From a virus (taxonomy: Duplodnaviria > Caudoviricetes), in the IMG/VR virus record IMGVR_UViG_2974729571_000001, positions 29,788-93,787 of that record: DNA of 64,000 nt; one strand, 5' to 3'. Under the pieces are notes generated by a model that worked only from the letters and a program-made list of their open reading frames with translations, had not been told where the DNA came from and did not search any database. A program made the position numbers and the translations under genes. Below, piece by piece: positions 32,901-40,983 of the stretch. Numbering within the stretch: position 1 is the stretch's first letter; every line of letters begins with the position of its first letter.

Positions 32901-35900
32901 CTGAATTAAGAGAACATCTTAAAGATGATGTAGAAAGTACTAGCTATAATAATACAGATAATCTTATATATCAGATTAAAGCATTAAGGGCATTTGAATA
33001 TTTCAAAGAGATAGGTGACCAAATCAATACTAACATGATGGTTATTACTAGTGATAAGTTTGGTGCTGGTAAATCTGCTAACGAAATTGACAATGTAATT
33101 AATCGTATTACTGATATTAAGAATAACAATATTGCTCGTATTAAGAAAGGTAATCCTGTTCTTAAAGCTGTTACAGAAGAAGGTAATAAATATCTTATAG
33201 ATGCTATTTATCCTAAGATTAGTTTTAATACTATTAACGATATTAATCAGGATGATTCAGAATCAGCATATCCTTCTTTATATTATCAACTGAAGTATAG
33301 CTGTATAGCTACTGAAAAGATTATTCGTGATAGTGAAATATTCAAAACTCAAACTCCACAGTTCCGTGAGTTAGTTAGTAAGTTCGATGTTCGTAATCTA
33401 CAAACTATTCAACAGTTAGAGAGTTTCATAATTAATATGAGTCAAGCACAATCTAATTTTGTTAATACTAATAGATTTATAACTAGAAGTGATAATGAGT
33501 TTATTCCTAGTTATAATTTGAATCTTATTAGTAGTCAACAGAATACTCGTGCTAGATTATATGGTTATACTGATGTAGTAGGTAGCTTCGATATGTCTGA
33601 TATGTCTGAAAAGAATGTAGAAGCATTTATGAAGTTGTCTCCTGCAAATAAAGTAGTATTGATTCAAAGATATACTTCGGATGATAATCTATTTAAAAAT
33701 CTAAATGTGGAGTATAAAGGTCATCGCAATAGTTATGATAGGATATCTATTATTGATAGTACTATATCTACTGAATCTCAATATCAGATGTTTCGTAATG
33801 CTTGGCATAGTAATAATCCTTTCGTTAAACTTACAGCTATGGACCTAGTAAGATATTCTATGGTAGTAGAAGGTTATAAGTTTAAAGGTGGAACAGTTAG
33901 TAAGATTATTCCTGTTGAGCTTTTATATGGACAGGATACTGATATTGATTCTGATAATGGAGTTTCAACAGCTACTAATATTATTAATGATTCAGACAAA
34001 GCTATTAATAGTATGATTCAATACGGTAGTGAAACAGGAACTTATGAAAGACTTAGTAATGATGATAAGGCAATAGAAAAATTACGTGACTTATTCTTTA
34101 GAACTAATCCTAATAATCCTGATGTACTTACATTTGAGAATAAGAAGTATAAGGAATCTAATAAAATAGTATTCAATAGACTTGGTGTAGGTGTGCTTAG
34201 TTTTAAAGAAGCACAAGAACGTAAAATGATTACTGGTAGTGAAAATAATCGTAAATATCGTCATTATGCTAAAACTAATGATAATAATAAAGTTCTACGT
34301 TTATATAAGCTAGTATATGATAATGATGTTGTATATATGCTTCCTACTAATCCATTGGAACAAAACGAAATTGGAGAAGTTAGTGTTAATCCTGATAATA
34401 ATAGAATGTATCTTCCTTTAGATATACTGGAAGAAGTTTCTATTCGTCAGCACGACCCTGCATTTATTAGTTCTATTAATATAGCTATGAACTCTGATAT
34501 TCGTAAGTTTGTAGTTCTTCCTAAGGTATTTGAAGTTGGTGCTAGTTTATTAATTGAAGAAGCATTTCCTAATAGTACAGTCTTGACTTCCCCCATAAAG
34601 GGGCAACAAATTGATACTTCTCGTAGATACATTATTGCTACTACTGATAATCAAGCTATACTGGATACTATTGAATCTCTTGAAGCTGTTGGTATTACTA
34701 ATTATGTTGTTGCAGCCCCGAATATGAATTATGGTAATATTCGTAAACTTATTAATGACCGTAATAATGAGGATATTGCAGCTAAGAGACTACAAACCGC
34801 TATGACTAAGTTAGAAGCTAATGAAATTCAGCTTAGAAAAAAGAAGTCAGATAATTCTGAATCTCCTTATTATGCTCAACTTAAAGCTAGCATTAATCAA
34901 ACTATTGAAGATGTTAATGTTAATGGTATTGGTTTTGTTCCTGTTCTACAAACTGTTGTAGATAATACAGGTTTTAGAGCCGGTGGATATTTTAGATACG
35001 AAAAAGAAGGTAATGTTTATATTGTTACTAACTTAGGTCGTGTAACTACTAAATCTGTTAGTCTCACCCCTGACTATATGTATAGTAAGAAAGTAACTAT
35101 TAATAGTGTTAGTCAATTAGAATTTCCTAGACGTAATGCTTTAACTCAAGTAGTTAAAGAAAATGCTAGATTAGATAAGTTCGCTAATAATAATATTATT
35201 CGAGTTCAGACAGAAGAAAACTTTATTAACGAAGATGTACTTGAATCAGCATTAGTAGATAATGATAGAGAAATTAACGAATATATTTCTCGTGTAATTG
35301 AAAGTGTTGAAAGAAGTAATGCTAATGTTGAAGAAGCAGCTCTTAATGACGCTTTCCGTTCATTTGCTGCTATTGATTTACGTTCTAATACAGCTACTAA
35401 GTTAAACGATAACTTACGTGAGCAAGCATTGAAAATTATTAATGGTTATACTAATAGACGTATTGATGATTTCTTATTTGATATTCATAATTTCTATACT
35501 ACTTATGTTACTAATCCTGATGGTACTTATAAACTAGACGAAAATGGTAATAAGATAGTAATGGAGAAATGGGGTATAACTAATAAGAAGTTATTCGACC
35601 GTATGTTAGAAGATGAAACATTACGTACTCGTTATGAAATGTTCCTAGATGACATTAATAGATTTGTAGAAGATTATTCTATTATTGAAGCTATTCGACC
35701 TTATGATATTGATGAAGCTCATAGTGTAAGTGAAACAGAAGAAGAAATAGAAGGTCTACGTAGAACTAACGATATGCTTAAACAAATTAAAGATAAGTTT
35801 AAACGTATCAAAGACTTAGATAATGTAGTTAAACGTAGTACTAAGATGTACTTTGATAGTTATATTACTAGTCTTTCTAGTGACCCTCGTGTTCAATCTA

Positions 35901-38900
35901 ATATGCTTAGTATTACAGAAGCATTTGAAGATGAGAACTTCTTCCAGTTTTGGTTAGCTGATAGTCAGGAGACACATATTCCAATAGTTCAGATAGTTCT
36001 AAAACAAATGATGAATCAGTTAAGAGCTAGTGAGATTAGTGCTCGTGATAAGAAGATAGCCTTTACTACCACTATTTCAACGATTATCGAGGATGCAAAA
36101 AACAACGGTATAAACGTGTCTCTGAACGATATTTTGGACGAAAATGGCAACCTTTTGCTGCCGTATAATGAATCGTTCACCGACAAATTAAGGTCGCTAA
36201 AAGAGGCTGTAAAGCTGGCTCAAATCGACGACCCGAATGGTCGGGACGGTCTTATATATAAGAAAGCTAAAGACGAATTAGAGAAGTTCTTAATAGATAA
36301 TGTAGAACGTGAGTACAATAAAAAATTCTATCAAGACTACTATAATATGAACCAAATACTTAATAAATATCCTCAAACTTATGTTAAGTTAATGAAGATA
36401 TTACATGAGGAAGGAGATATATTAAGTACGATGATTGATAATGATTATAGTACTCTTACTGTTCAAAACGCAAGAAGACTTGAAGAGCTTAGACATGAGT
36501 TAGCAGAAATGCGAGCTACTATTGATATGGACGGTAATTATAAAGAGAATTATCAAGAAGCTAATGCTGTTAATAATTACTTATCACGTAGACGTCAGTT
36601 AAATAATAAGTATAAAGAAAGTAAACCTAAAGATGCTTTTACTATTCGTTATAAACAAGCTATTGAAGGTTTACGATATCCTGAAACTTCTGAAACTTAT
36701 AGAGAATCAGTAGAATGGTTAAAGGCTAATACTGATTATAAGTTAAAAGAAGAGTTCTTAGATGAACTAAAGAAAGCCTATATGGATACTCGTCTAGGTA
36801 ATCCTTTTGATAGTTTCGTTCGTACTATGGCTTATGGTAAGTATGATTCAGAAGGTGTTATTGATGGTACTAAATTTACAGATGTTCAAATAGCTAATCT
36901 AAAGAAACATCAGGAACAAATGTTTGCTGCTGCCGTTGGTCGTGTTAAGCCAAATGAACAGAAAGCTCAAGAATGGTTAGATAACCATGTTAGTTATATC
37001 AATACTGTTTATTATGAAGCTATGTATGTAGCTATGAATAAGATGGGTAAAGAAGTATTTGATAAATGGTATATTGATAACCATGTTGTTAATCCTATTA
37101 CTAAAGAATATGAACCGTTGCCTATTTGGAGACAAATGGTAGTTAAGGATGAAGCTAACAACATGGAATATAGTGCTAAATACAAATGGTTAGAAACTAA
37201 AGTTAAAGAGCAGTATAAGAATCCTAACTACGATGAAGTTAAACTACAACCTTCTACTAATAAATATCGTAATGATAAGTATTATGGAATGAATAATTAT
37301 CAGCAACAGTTATATAACGAAGTAGATTCTCTTCTTAATGAACTTGTTAAAGATAAACGTAGTCGTACTTATATTAATCGTGGTTATCTGCCTAATCAAG
37401 CTATTGAACAACCTAGTCAAGGTTTTGCTGACTATTGGCAAGACTTTAAACGTAGTCATGGTTGGTATGATACTCCTAATAAGTCTGATATAGAACTTAA
37501 TCTATATAAGAGATTTAGTAATGCTCCTATGCTTCATAGTTTATCGGAAGTTAAGTTACTTCCTATTCGTGAACAACAAAAAGGAGAAACTAAAGAAGAG
37601 TATCTAACTTATGTTCGTGAAACTCAAGCCAAGAATAATGAGTTACGTAAACAAAGAGCACAGGAAAATGCAGAACGTAATAATCCCAATGTTCTTGAAA
37701 GACTTAATTCATTTATAGATAGTATGTATAACTTTAATACTCGTAATGATATAGCTAGATTAGCTAAGATTACTAGTAATCAATTACGTAATATGGATAT
37801 TATTAAGAGAAATCCTAATGATAAACTTATGGATAATAGATTACTTAGTAGAATTACTGGTAAACAAGAAATACGTACTACTAAGAGTGATGATTCAAAT
37901 ATAGTTAAACACTTCGAGAATCAAGTTCGCAAGTTAGTATTTAATGAATTTGAAATGGATGAAGGTACTCGTTCTAAAGTATCTCGTGTTATGCGTAATA
38001 TGGTATCTAGTAAGTTTATGATGTTAAATATTACTGGTGGTATTGCTAATGTTTTATACGGTAAGACACAGATACAAATGGAAATGGCTGCCGGACAATT
38101 CTTTAAATACAAAGACTTTCGTAAAGGTGAAAATGAATGGATGCAGAATATAAGTAGTTATCTAGCAGATGCTTATAATGAAACTACTAATAATGAAACT
38201 AATGCCATTATTAGATTATTCAATGTTATTAAATCTGATATGGTAACAGAACGTTATGGTAAAGGTAACAATCCTATGGGTAAATTAGAAAATCTGTTGT
38301 TTATCCAACAGACAGCAGGTGAGCATTATATGCAAAACGCTACATTATTAGCTATGCTTCATTCTCATAGAGTAGTCAATGTTGATGGCAAGAATAAGAT
38401 AATGTCATTTGAACAATATGCTATGAATCTTAGAGAAGAAGCATTACTTAAAGTTCTTCGTAAGAATAATCCCAAATTAGTTTCTAAGTATGAAACCTTT
38501 AAAGATAAAGTACTTGAATCTTACGTTGAGAAAGAACGTTATGTTAAGTTTAAAGCTGATATAATAACTGATTTCTTACGTTCGATTCCTAAAGAACTAA
38601 GACAAGAGTTTAAAACTACTTATAAGGAAGATACTAAAGAAGAACGAATTAAGTTTGAACAACATCCTTCATTTAGAGAAAGTCTTATATTGAAGAATGG
38701 TGTTGCTACTCTAAAGAAAGATAGCGGTCTTACTAATGATGATATTGCAGCTTTCCGTAATAAGGTTATATCAGTTAATCATCAGATACATGGTATCTAT
38801 GATAAGATTGGTGCTAATCAGCTACAACAATCATGGTGGGGAGCTTTACTAATGCAGTTCCATAAACACTTAGTTCCTGGATTCCAAAAACGTTTTGGTT

Positions 38901-39622
38901 ATCGTTTAGGTCACTTTGACGGTATATATAATGAAACTAGAGAATCTATTAGTAAAGGAACTTATGTTAGTTTAGGAGAGTTTATAGCAATGCCATTTAA
39001 GAAGTACTACGAACTTAATGATAGTAACGAACTTCAAGCTGTTCGTACTCTTCAAGGTATTGCTAAAGGTTATGCAGATTTTGTAGCTAATCTTACTACT
39101 TATTATAATATTCTTCCTGAATATGATAAAGCTAATATTCGTAGATGTTTGGGTGAATGGATAGCTATTACTAAAGCAGTAGCATTATTCGTAGTTGGTA
39201 AGTTAATGCTTGACGATGACGATGATTCTACGCAAGTAGCAGATTATATCTTATATAGTGCTGACCGTCTAATGTCTGAAACTATTCAGTATACTCCGTG
39301 GGGTATGATTAACGAAGGACAGAAATTATATAGTCAACCTGTTGCTGCGTTAAGTATCGCATCTGATAATCTTAAATTACTAGAGGCTTGTTGTAGTTAT
39401 ATAGTTACTGGTAATCCCGATGATTTATATTATAATTCAGGTACTTATTCAGGTGAGAATAAACTTAAAGTTAATATAATGAAACAGATACCATTACTTA
39501 ATCAGATTAATAAACATCAAAGACTTGGTGCTAACAACAGTTACTATAAAGTTCGTAGTAGTCCATTTAGTGGTCTAGGTCAAATTGTTGCTAATATGAT
39601 TACTGATGAAGATGAAGAATAA
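26981..39622 (+). CDS. Virion-packaged two-barrel DNA-dependent RNA polymerase polyprotein
   Basis: 4213 aa. Catalytic QTGADFDIDSIY (DFDID at 31391-31405), GYRIPTEGKQS, TDAQSFIT; C-terminal hydrophobic segments. Hallmark of Crassvirales. Confidence 0.9.
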   Translation: MSCTPSNPKLDKLLELTNNDVRKSTEYLATIEDNSFRDWYKEKTGRDFNDENIDTNTVNAIIAYNNRETINTKDYVQNVRTSRTGVFGNDIAKEDHAINILATIYLKSQGSIRKALANKKRKGESEVIKDKAGNELSPQSAIKLTMITYLNRHLKENDKKLTQEQKAYVGTIIRNLYDGGNYNRNELFDIVINSPEVVSLSKEFGIDTNEDYEASDDVKEDSEQNSRQDDQETIAALRADWSELSDQRKDIDKNVSKEVKEWFARLPKTNSNSFINEQPDTSNNTYSGMAESATFSSSFKAINNYGNFSSVEAMVESFHTIAARFKEVSHLEYAARLLEDEANVQMRNKIFTQLKQSIWERNEVVYSQDGSNVVTKNRNTFPKLNLQNKILNSFDSLIHNPSIMANDIAVLDELKNRLSTLKNSNTNEIQEITEQIAAIFNKYNFGINRQGVVNYVRNFGDNQLSNISSIVDDLLEFNKVVGKATNLLKIDNEAQRIYYASEYAKTKENEEYVVVPFDKSQLQYKGGYANNIANRISNRFKDYQIVDSEFNSINAENNLVSDILKNNYISKFFERINDNRYNDNPVSNTELRDYLVKFANIPQYRYSNILIEKTLSNGKIVPGLLRLTDTGYELTEYYREFGAQLYNGVSNKVTGKAKSYKDINALEWDIITLNEYANNGDNYEMTKGVKKSKFFTQTPSDAPKTFVFNSYKLDYTGLFNANGSINRGHPIYVAYANIYAKELAEMTQAINFLFETTVENGVVTIVSDENGKPKIKEEFKDLRKSEARLNYHYRKGILDSNGVPTGNVFKFRSLLIDKVKNLNKYNSETAKTVDMNWLFEGGDVFSLLYGGKNSEISLIQDENGEYNIRLTGELRNSVYNYIDNYINYRIQEAVAKYSSNKEFVDRYKNASQESFNAFIAEMVLNYEIQYNNLNDMFFGDEAYYKDSRDTIKRNKEYQAGGLAYAGYDLYNVQKHLGDIVVSPNKTISVDSSFKYITLEDVQSKGGVIEDLKKQLKIAKVSKETEAFVLKQFAKDKSEVTDAQSFITLDEFVRRIYLRGEYDNYKDLIEALYDESKPIDNVKLGELSKKIQVQKNFYYDLEIDNDAKLANPIQIKNAEFVLIPRFLGNSELGLLAKYMTDNNIGQVNFTTTEKATTNRVLEFWDAHGKFPSKERLKQFNLDIQTKYKTGWYSNLYTQQDIPQHMDGENKAGLQIVKKLIDNIGNTPEGQSLIKDFFDNFTANIQDSFKDAASRIGVSIDARGNVVYEEGKVKIDNNQFIALIKDELTRRGLDSNYRKYAEINPETGLPYMPAWTNLVRSKIENIVNSIFTNRVTRQVLPGFHASQISDVGITALSGRTDLRDLMQSKVEEKHGYSLGRKLTYHKDGSQIVEILLPKWMVKAYNTYDNEGNLVHEVTLEDLQNAGLDTMIGYRIPTEGKQSIAVMKVVGLLDESQGSTIVVPDEWVLQTGADFDIDSIYGIYHTAYFDRNGKPHKVEYIDGEDEVSTYRRYIGYINSLIDKETRKATNSEFTKEEFKEARKAARETVRKANEEYDKFLIDQVRDLIAETDETWAELPREIKDNLTITFKSKELKFGERVDVIVSKMDFYESEYANDEYVAKFAQQYRNIQSVINEQREFYQNVKDNAEQLAIDYADETRRARLEQTIQARAEIVGAMSLEEFSQLTVAQQNTRDARNNKIVDTFINIMNLPVSIGENLSSSNFEDIKAAKSNIFEGLSETYRNINSVIAQNWYRDANMSGARLKAISVNRDNFASISNKAKTIIDGAYGGFRFVYTYNTEKEAKDAQAKLRKRFRDVTRSGKEVMVDHNQLGWSYDNLNIDNRLITPYSSETTALILDGVKEGGVPNVDLYTFDVYKSIVDCGANYETSILFVNQPVITELIARQNANDNVFGETGFNPLIGLRRDMYIRLAKTVGIPANSITKKTRLKDVKAMLEARGVTINEDELLEEGIRVTELREHLKDDVESTSYNNTDNLIYQIKALRAFEYFKEIGDQINTNMMVITSDKFGAGKSANEIDNVINRITDIKNNNIARIKKGNPVLKAVTEEGNKYLIDAIYPKISFNTINDINQDDSESAYPSLYYQLKYSCIATEKIIRDSEIFKTQTPQFRELVSKFDVRNLQTIQQLESFIINMSQAQSNFVNTNRFITRSDNEFIPSYNLNLISSQQNTRARLYGYTDVVGSFDMSDMSEKNVEAFMKLSPANKVVLIQRYTSDDNLFKNLNVEYKGHRNSYDRISIIDSTISTESQYQMFRNAWHSNNPFVKLTAMDLVRYSMVVEGYKFKGGTVSKIIPVELLYGQDTDIDSDNGVSTATNIINDSDKAINSMIQYGSETGTYERLSNDDKAIEKLRDLFFRTNPNNPDVLTFENKKYKESNKIVFNRLGVGVLSFKEAQERKMITGSENNRKYRHYAKTNDNNKVLRLYKLVYDNDVVYMLPTNPLEQNEIGEVSVNPDNNRMYLPLDILEEVSIRQHDPAFISSINIAMNSDIRKFVVLPKVFEVGASLLIEEAFPNSTVLTSPIKGQQIDTSRRYIIATTDNQAILDTIESLEAVGITNYVVAAPNMNYGNIRKLINDRNNEDIAAKRLQTAMTKLEANEIQLRKKKSDNSESPYYAQLKASINQTIEDVNVNGIGFVPVLQTVVDNTGFRAGGYFRYEKEGNVYIVTNLGRVTTKSVSLTPDYMYSKKVTINSVSQLEFPRRNALTQVVKENARLDKFANNNIIRVQTEENFINEDVLESALVDNDREINEYISRVIESVERSNANVEEAALNDAFRSFAAIDLRSNTATKLNDNLREQALKIINGYTNRRIDDFLFDIHNFYTTYVTNPDGTYKLDENGNKIVMEKWGITNKKLFDRMLEDETLRTRYEMFLDDINRFVEDYSIIEAIRPYDIDEAHSVSETEEEIEGLRRTNDMLKQIKDKFKRIKDLDNVVKRSTKMYFDSYITSLSSDPRVQSNMLSITEAFEDENFFQFWLADSQETHIPIVQIVLKQMMNQLRASEISARDKKIAFTTTISTIIEDAKNNGINVSLNDILDENGNLLLPYNESFTDKLRSLKEAVKLAQIDDPNGRDGLIYKKAKDELEKFLIDNVEREYNKKFYQDYYNMNQILNKYPQTYVKLMKILHEEGDILSTMIDNDYSTLTVQNARRLEELRHELAEMRATIDMDGNYKENYQEANAVNNYLSRRRQLNNKYKESKPKDAFTIRYKQAIEGLRYPETSETYRESVEWLKANTDYKLKEEFLDELKKAYMDTRLGNPFDSFVRTMAYGKYDSEGVIDGTKFTDVQIANLKKHQEQMFAAAVGRVKPNEQKAQEWLDNHVSYINTVYYEAMYVAMNKMGKEVFDKWYIDNHVVNPITKEYEPLPIWRQMVVKDEANNMEYSAKYKWLETKVKEQYKNPNYDEVKLQPSTNKYRNDKYYGMNNYQQQLYNEVDSLLNELVKDKRSRTYINRGYLPNQAIEQPSQGFADYWQDFKRSHGWYDTPNKSDIELNLYKRFSNAPMLHSLSEVKLLPIREQQKGETKEEYLTYVRETQAKNNELRKQRAQENAERNNPNVLERLNSFIDSMYNFNTRNDIARLAKITSNQLRNMDIIKRNPNDKLMDNRLLSRITGKQEIRTTKSDDSNIVKHFENQVRKLVFNEFEMDEGTRSKVSRVMRNMVSSKFMMLNITGGIANVLYGKTQIQMEMAAGQFFKYKDFRKGENEWMQNISSYLADAYNETTNNETNAIIRLFNVIKSDMVTERYGKGNNPMGKLENLLFIQQTAGEHYMQNATLLAMLHSHRVVNVDGKNKIMSFEQYAMNLREEALLKVLRKNNPKLVSKYETFKDKVLESYVEKERYVKFKADIITDFLRSIPKELRQEFKTTYKEDTKEERIKFEQHPSFRESLILKNGVATLKKDSGLTNDDIAAFRNKVISVNHQIHGIYDKIGANQLQQSWWGALLMQFHKHLVPGFQKRFGYRLGHFDGIYNETRESISKGTYVSLGEFIAMPFKKYYELNDSNELQAVRTLQGIAKGYADFVANLTTYYNILPEYDKANIRRCLGEWIAITKAVALFVVGKLMLDDDDDSTQVADYILYSADRLMSETIQYTPWGMINEGQKLYSQPVAALSIASDNLKLLEACCSYIVTGNPDDLYYNSGTYSGENKLKVNIMKQIPLLNQINKHQRLGANNSYYKVRSSPFSGLGQIVANMITDEDEE

Positions 39623-39654
39623 CTAACTACTTAATATTACAACTCATGTAGAAA

Positions 39655-39691
39655 GCCGGATTGCTTGTGAAAGTAGTCCGGCTTATTGTTT
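39655..39691 (+). terminator. Intrinsic terminator of the late module (GTGA loop)
   Basis: GCCGGATTGCTT-GTGA-AAGTAGTCCGGC followed by TTATTGTTT. Confidence 0.8.
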
Positions 39692-39715
39692 ATATCGAAA
39701 TAATTACTACCTTTG
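39685..39715 (+). promoter_or_regulatory. Bacteroidota-type promoter facing an ORF-less region
   Basis: ATTG-N19-TACCTTTG. Confidence 0.6.
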
Positions 39716-39721
39716 CAGTGA

Positions 39722-40070
39722 TTAAGTACCTACCGTCTCGGACTGTTGTACGGGATTTAGTATTTGCTATCTGACTAACTAGATTAGTTGCGTGTAGTGT
39801 GGAGAGCTAGGGAACTCGATTAGTCTTAGTACTTATAAGTATTATTTCATTTAGGCAGTGTCTCCGCCCTAGTGCAAAACCTCGGACGATAAATAGAAAC
39901 AAAGCTACAAGGATTAGTAGAATGATTGTCAATAGAGATTGATTTAGCTTCACTACCCGAAAAAGAGCCGAATACTATTTACTCCGTCTATGACCTTACT
40001 ATATCCAAAAAGTTCCCAAATGTTCTATCTAACGAAGAACATCTCCATGAACACTATCCCCAGTGCCGCT
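39722..40070 (+). ncRNA. Candidate structured non-coding RNA (about 350 nt)
   Basis: No ORF; upstream promoter; five nested long-range helices between 39739-39816 and 40011-40068, plus local hairpins. Confidence 0.4.
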
Positions 40071-40268
40071 AGTATTATTGTTTGAAATACTATTATCAAT
40101 ATTAACTTCACTATATCCCGCTAGCCTAACGGCTAGCTTTCTTCCCCCATAAAGGAGCAGGTTTGCTGATAATTCCACTCCTTTATGGGGGATTTAGCGA
40201 GCTTGCGAGCGTAGGCAAGTCCAGCAATATAATTATCCCTAGTACGTTGGTTTTATCCAAGTACAGTT

Positions 40269-40312
40269 TAAAAAAAAGAACTATCAACAGTATTGCTACT
40301 ATTAATAGTTCT
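40269..40312 (-). terminator. Intrinsic terminator ending the minus-strand module (GCAA loop)
   Basis: Minus strand AGAACUAUUAAUAGUA-GCAA-UACUGUUGAUAGUUCU followed by a U-run. Confidence 0.85.
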
Positions 40313-40316
40313 AAGT

Positions 40317-40499
40317 TCATTTACTTTCTTTCATATCTTTCTTAGCTCTTTTGTATCCTTTCATATAACCTTCTACATAGGCTTTAGTACATAGATTTGA
40401 TTGTATTGGAGTACAAGGTCTATAAATATAATTCTTACAAGCTCTACTAAATCCATTAGATTGATAGGCTTTTACTTTAACGCTTATTCTTTTTGTCAT
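40317..40499 (-). CDS. Small basic hypothetical protein
   Basis: Start MTKRISV at 40499; ends just before the terminator. Confidence 0.55.
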   Translation of the reverse strand: MTKRISVKVKAYQSNGFSRACKNYIYRPCTPIQSNLCTKAYVEGYMKGYKRAKKDMKESK

Positions 40500-40505
40500 A
40501 GTATT

Positions 40506-40545
40506 ATAAAATAAGAGTACCAGTATTACTACTAGCACTCTTATT
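40506..40545 (-). terminator. Terminator/attenuator hairpin (GUAA loop)
   Basis: Minus strand AAUAAGAGUGCUAGUA-GUAA-UACUGGUACUCUUAUU followed by UUAU. Confidence 0.65.
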
Positions 40546-40570
40546 AATGTATAACTAAAATGATTATTAC

Positions 40571-40687
40571 TTATTCGTTCTTATATTTCTTCTCTACTTC
40601 TTGTAGTTTCAGATAGATATTATTACGAGCTTTAAGTTTTGGCAGACTAGCCGCATATCGCATAGCTTTACGAATTTGATTACGCAT
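40571..40687 (-). CDS. 38-aa basic peptide (MRNQIRKAMRYAASLPKLKARNN...)
   Basis: Translated by hand; overlaps the end of the upstream gene. Confidence 0.5.
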   Translation of the reverse strand: MRNQIRKAMRYAASLPKLKARNNIYLKLQEVEKKYKNE

Positions 40688-40973
40688 GAACTTCTTCTCC
40701 GACTTCATCATTTACTTCTTTAGGTTCAACATAAGGATTCCAAGTATTCATAAACTGATTAAGTTCAACCACAACTTTTTCTCGGTTATAAATATCATTA
40801 TCAGCATCGGGAGTTATATCTTCAAGAACAACATGAAGAGTATTACCACCGTTCTTGTCTTGCATACGAGCTAGACTATTACACTGATATACCTTATATG
40901 GTATTTTAGGATTTACTACTTTAGATTTATCTCCATAAGTATCTATGCATAATATATTATTTAATTTAAGCAT
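40680..40973 (-). CDS. Hypothetical protein
   Basis: ORF 40680-41009; likely start MLKLNN at 40973. Confidence 0.65.
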   Translation of the reverse strand: MLKLNNILCIDTYGDKSKVVNPKIPYKVYQCNSLARMQDKNGGNTLHVVLEDITPDADNDIYNREKVVVELNQFMNTWNPYVEPKEVNDEVGEEVHA

Positions 40974-40983
40974 ACTTTTTAGT

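Noticed and set aside
415-38112. Many short antisense or alternate-frame ORFs inside the large + strand genes, and their + strand equivalents within 40.6-61 kb
   Set aside because: Fully nested in long genes, with composition typical of the reverse complement of AT-rich coding DNA and no promoter or terminator support.
39623-40316. tRNA or tmRNA in the large intergenic regions
   Set aside because: No cloverleaf with a T-loop GTTCRA and acceptor stem found by eye; a tRNAscan-SE/ARAGORN run would settle it.
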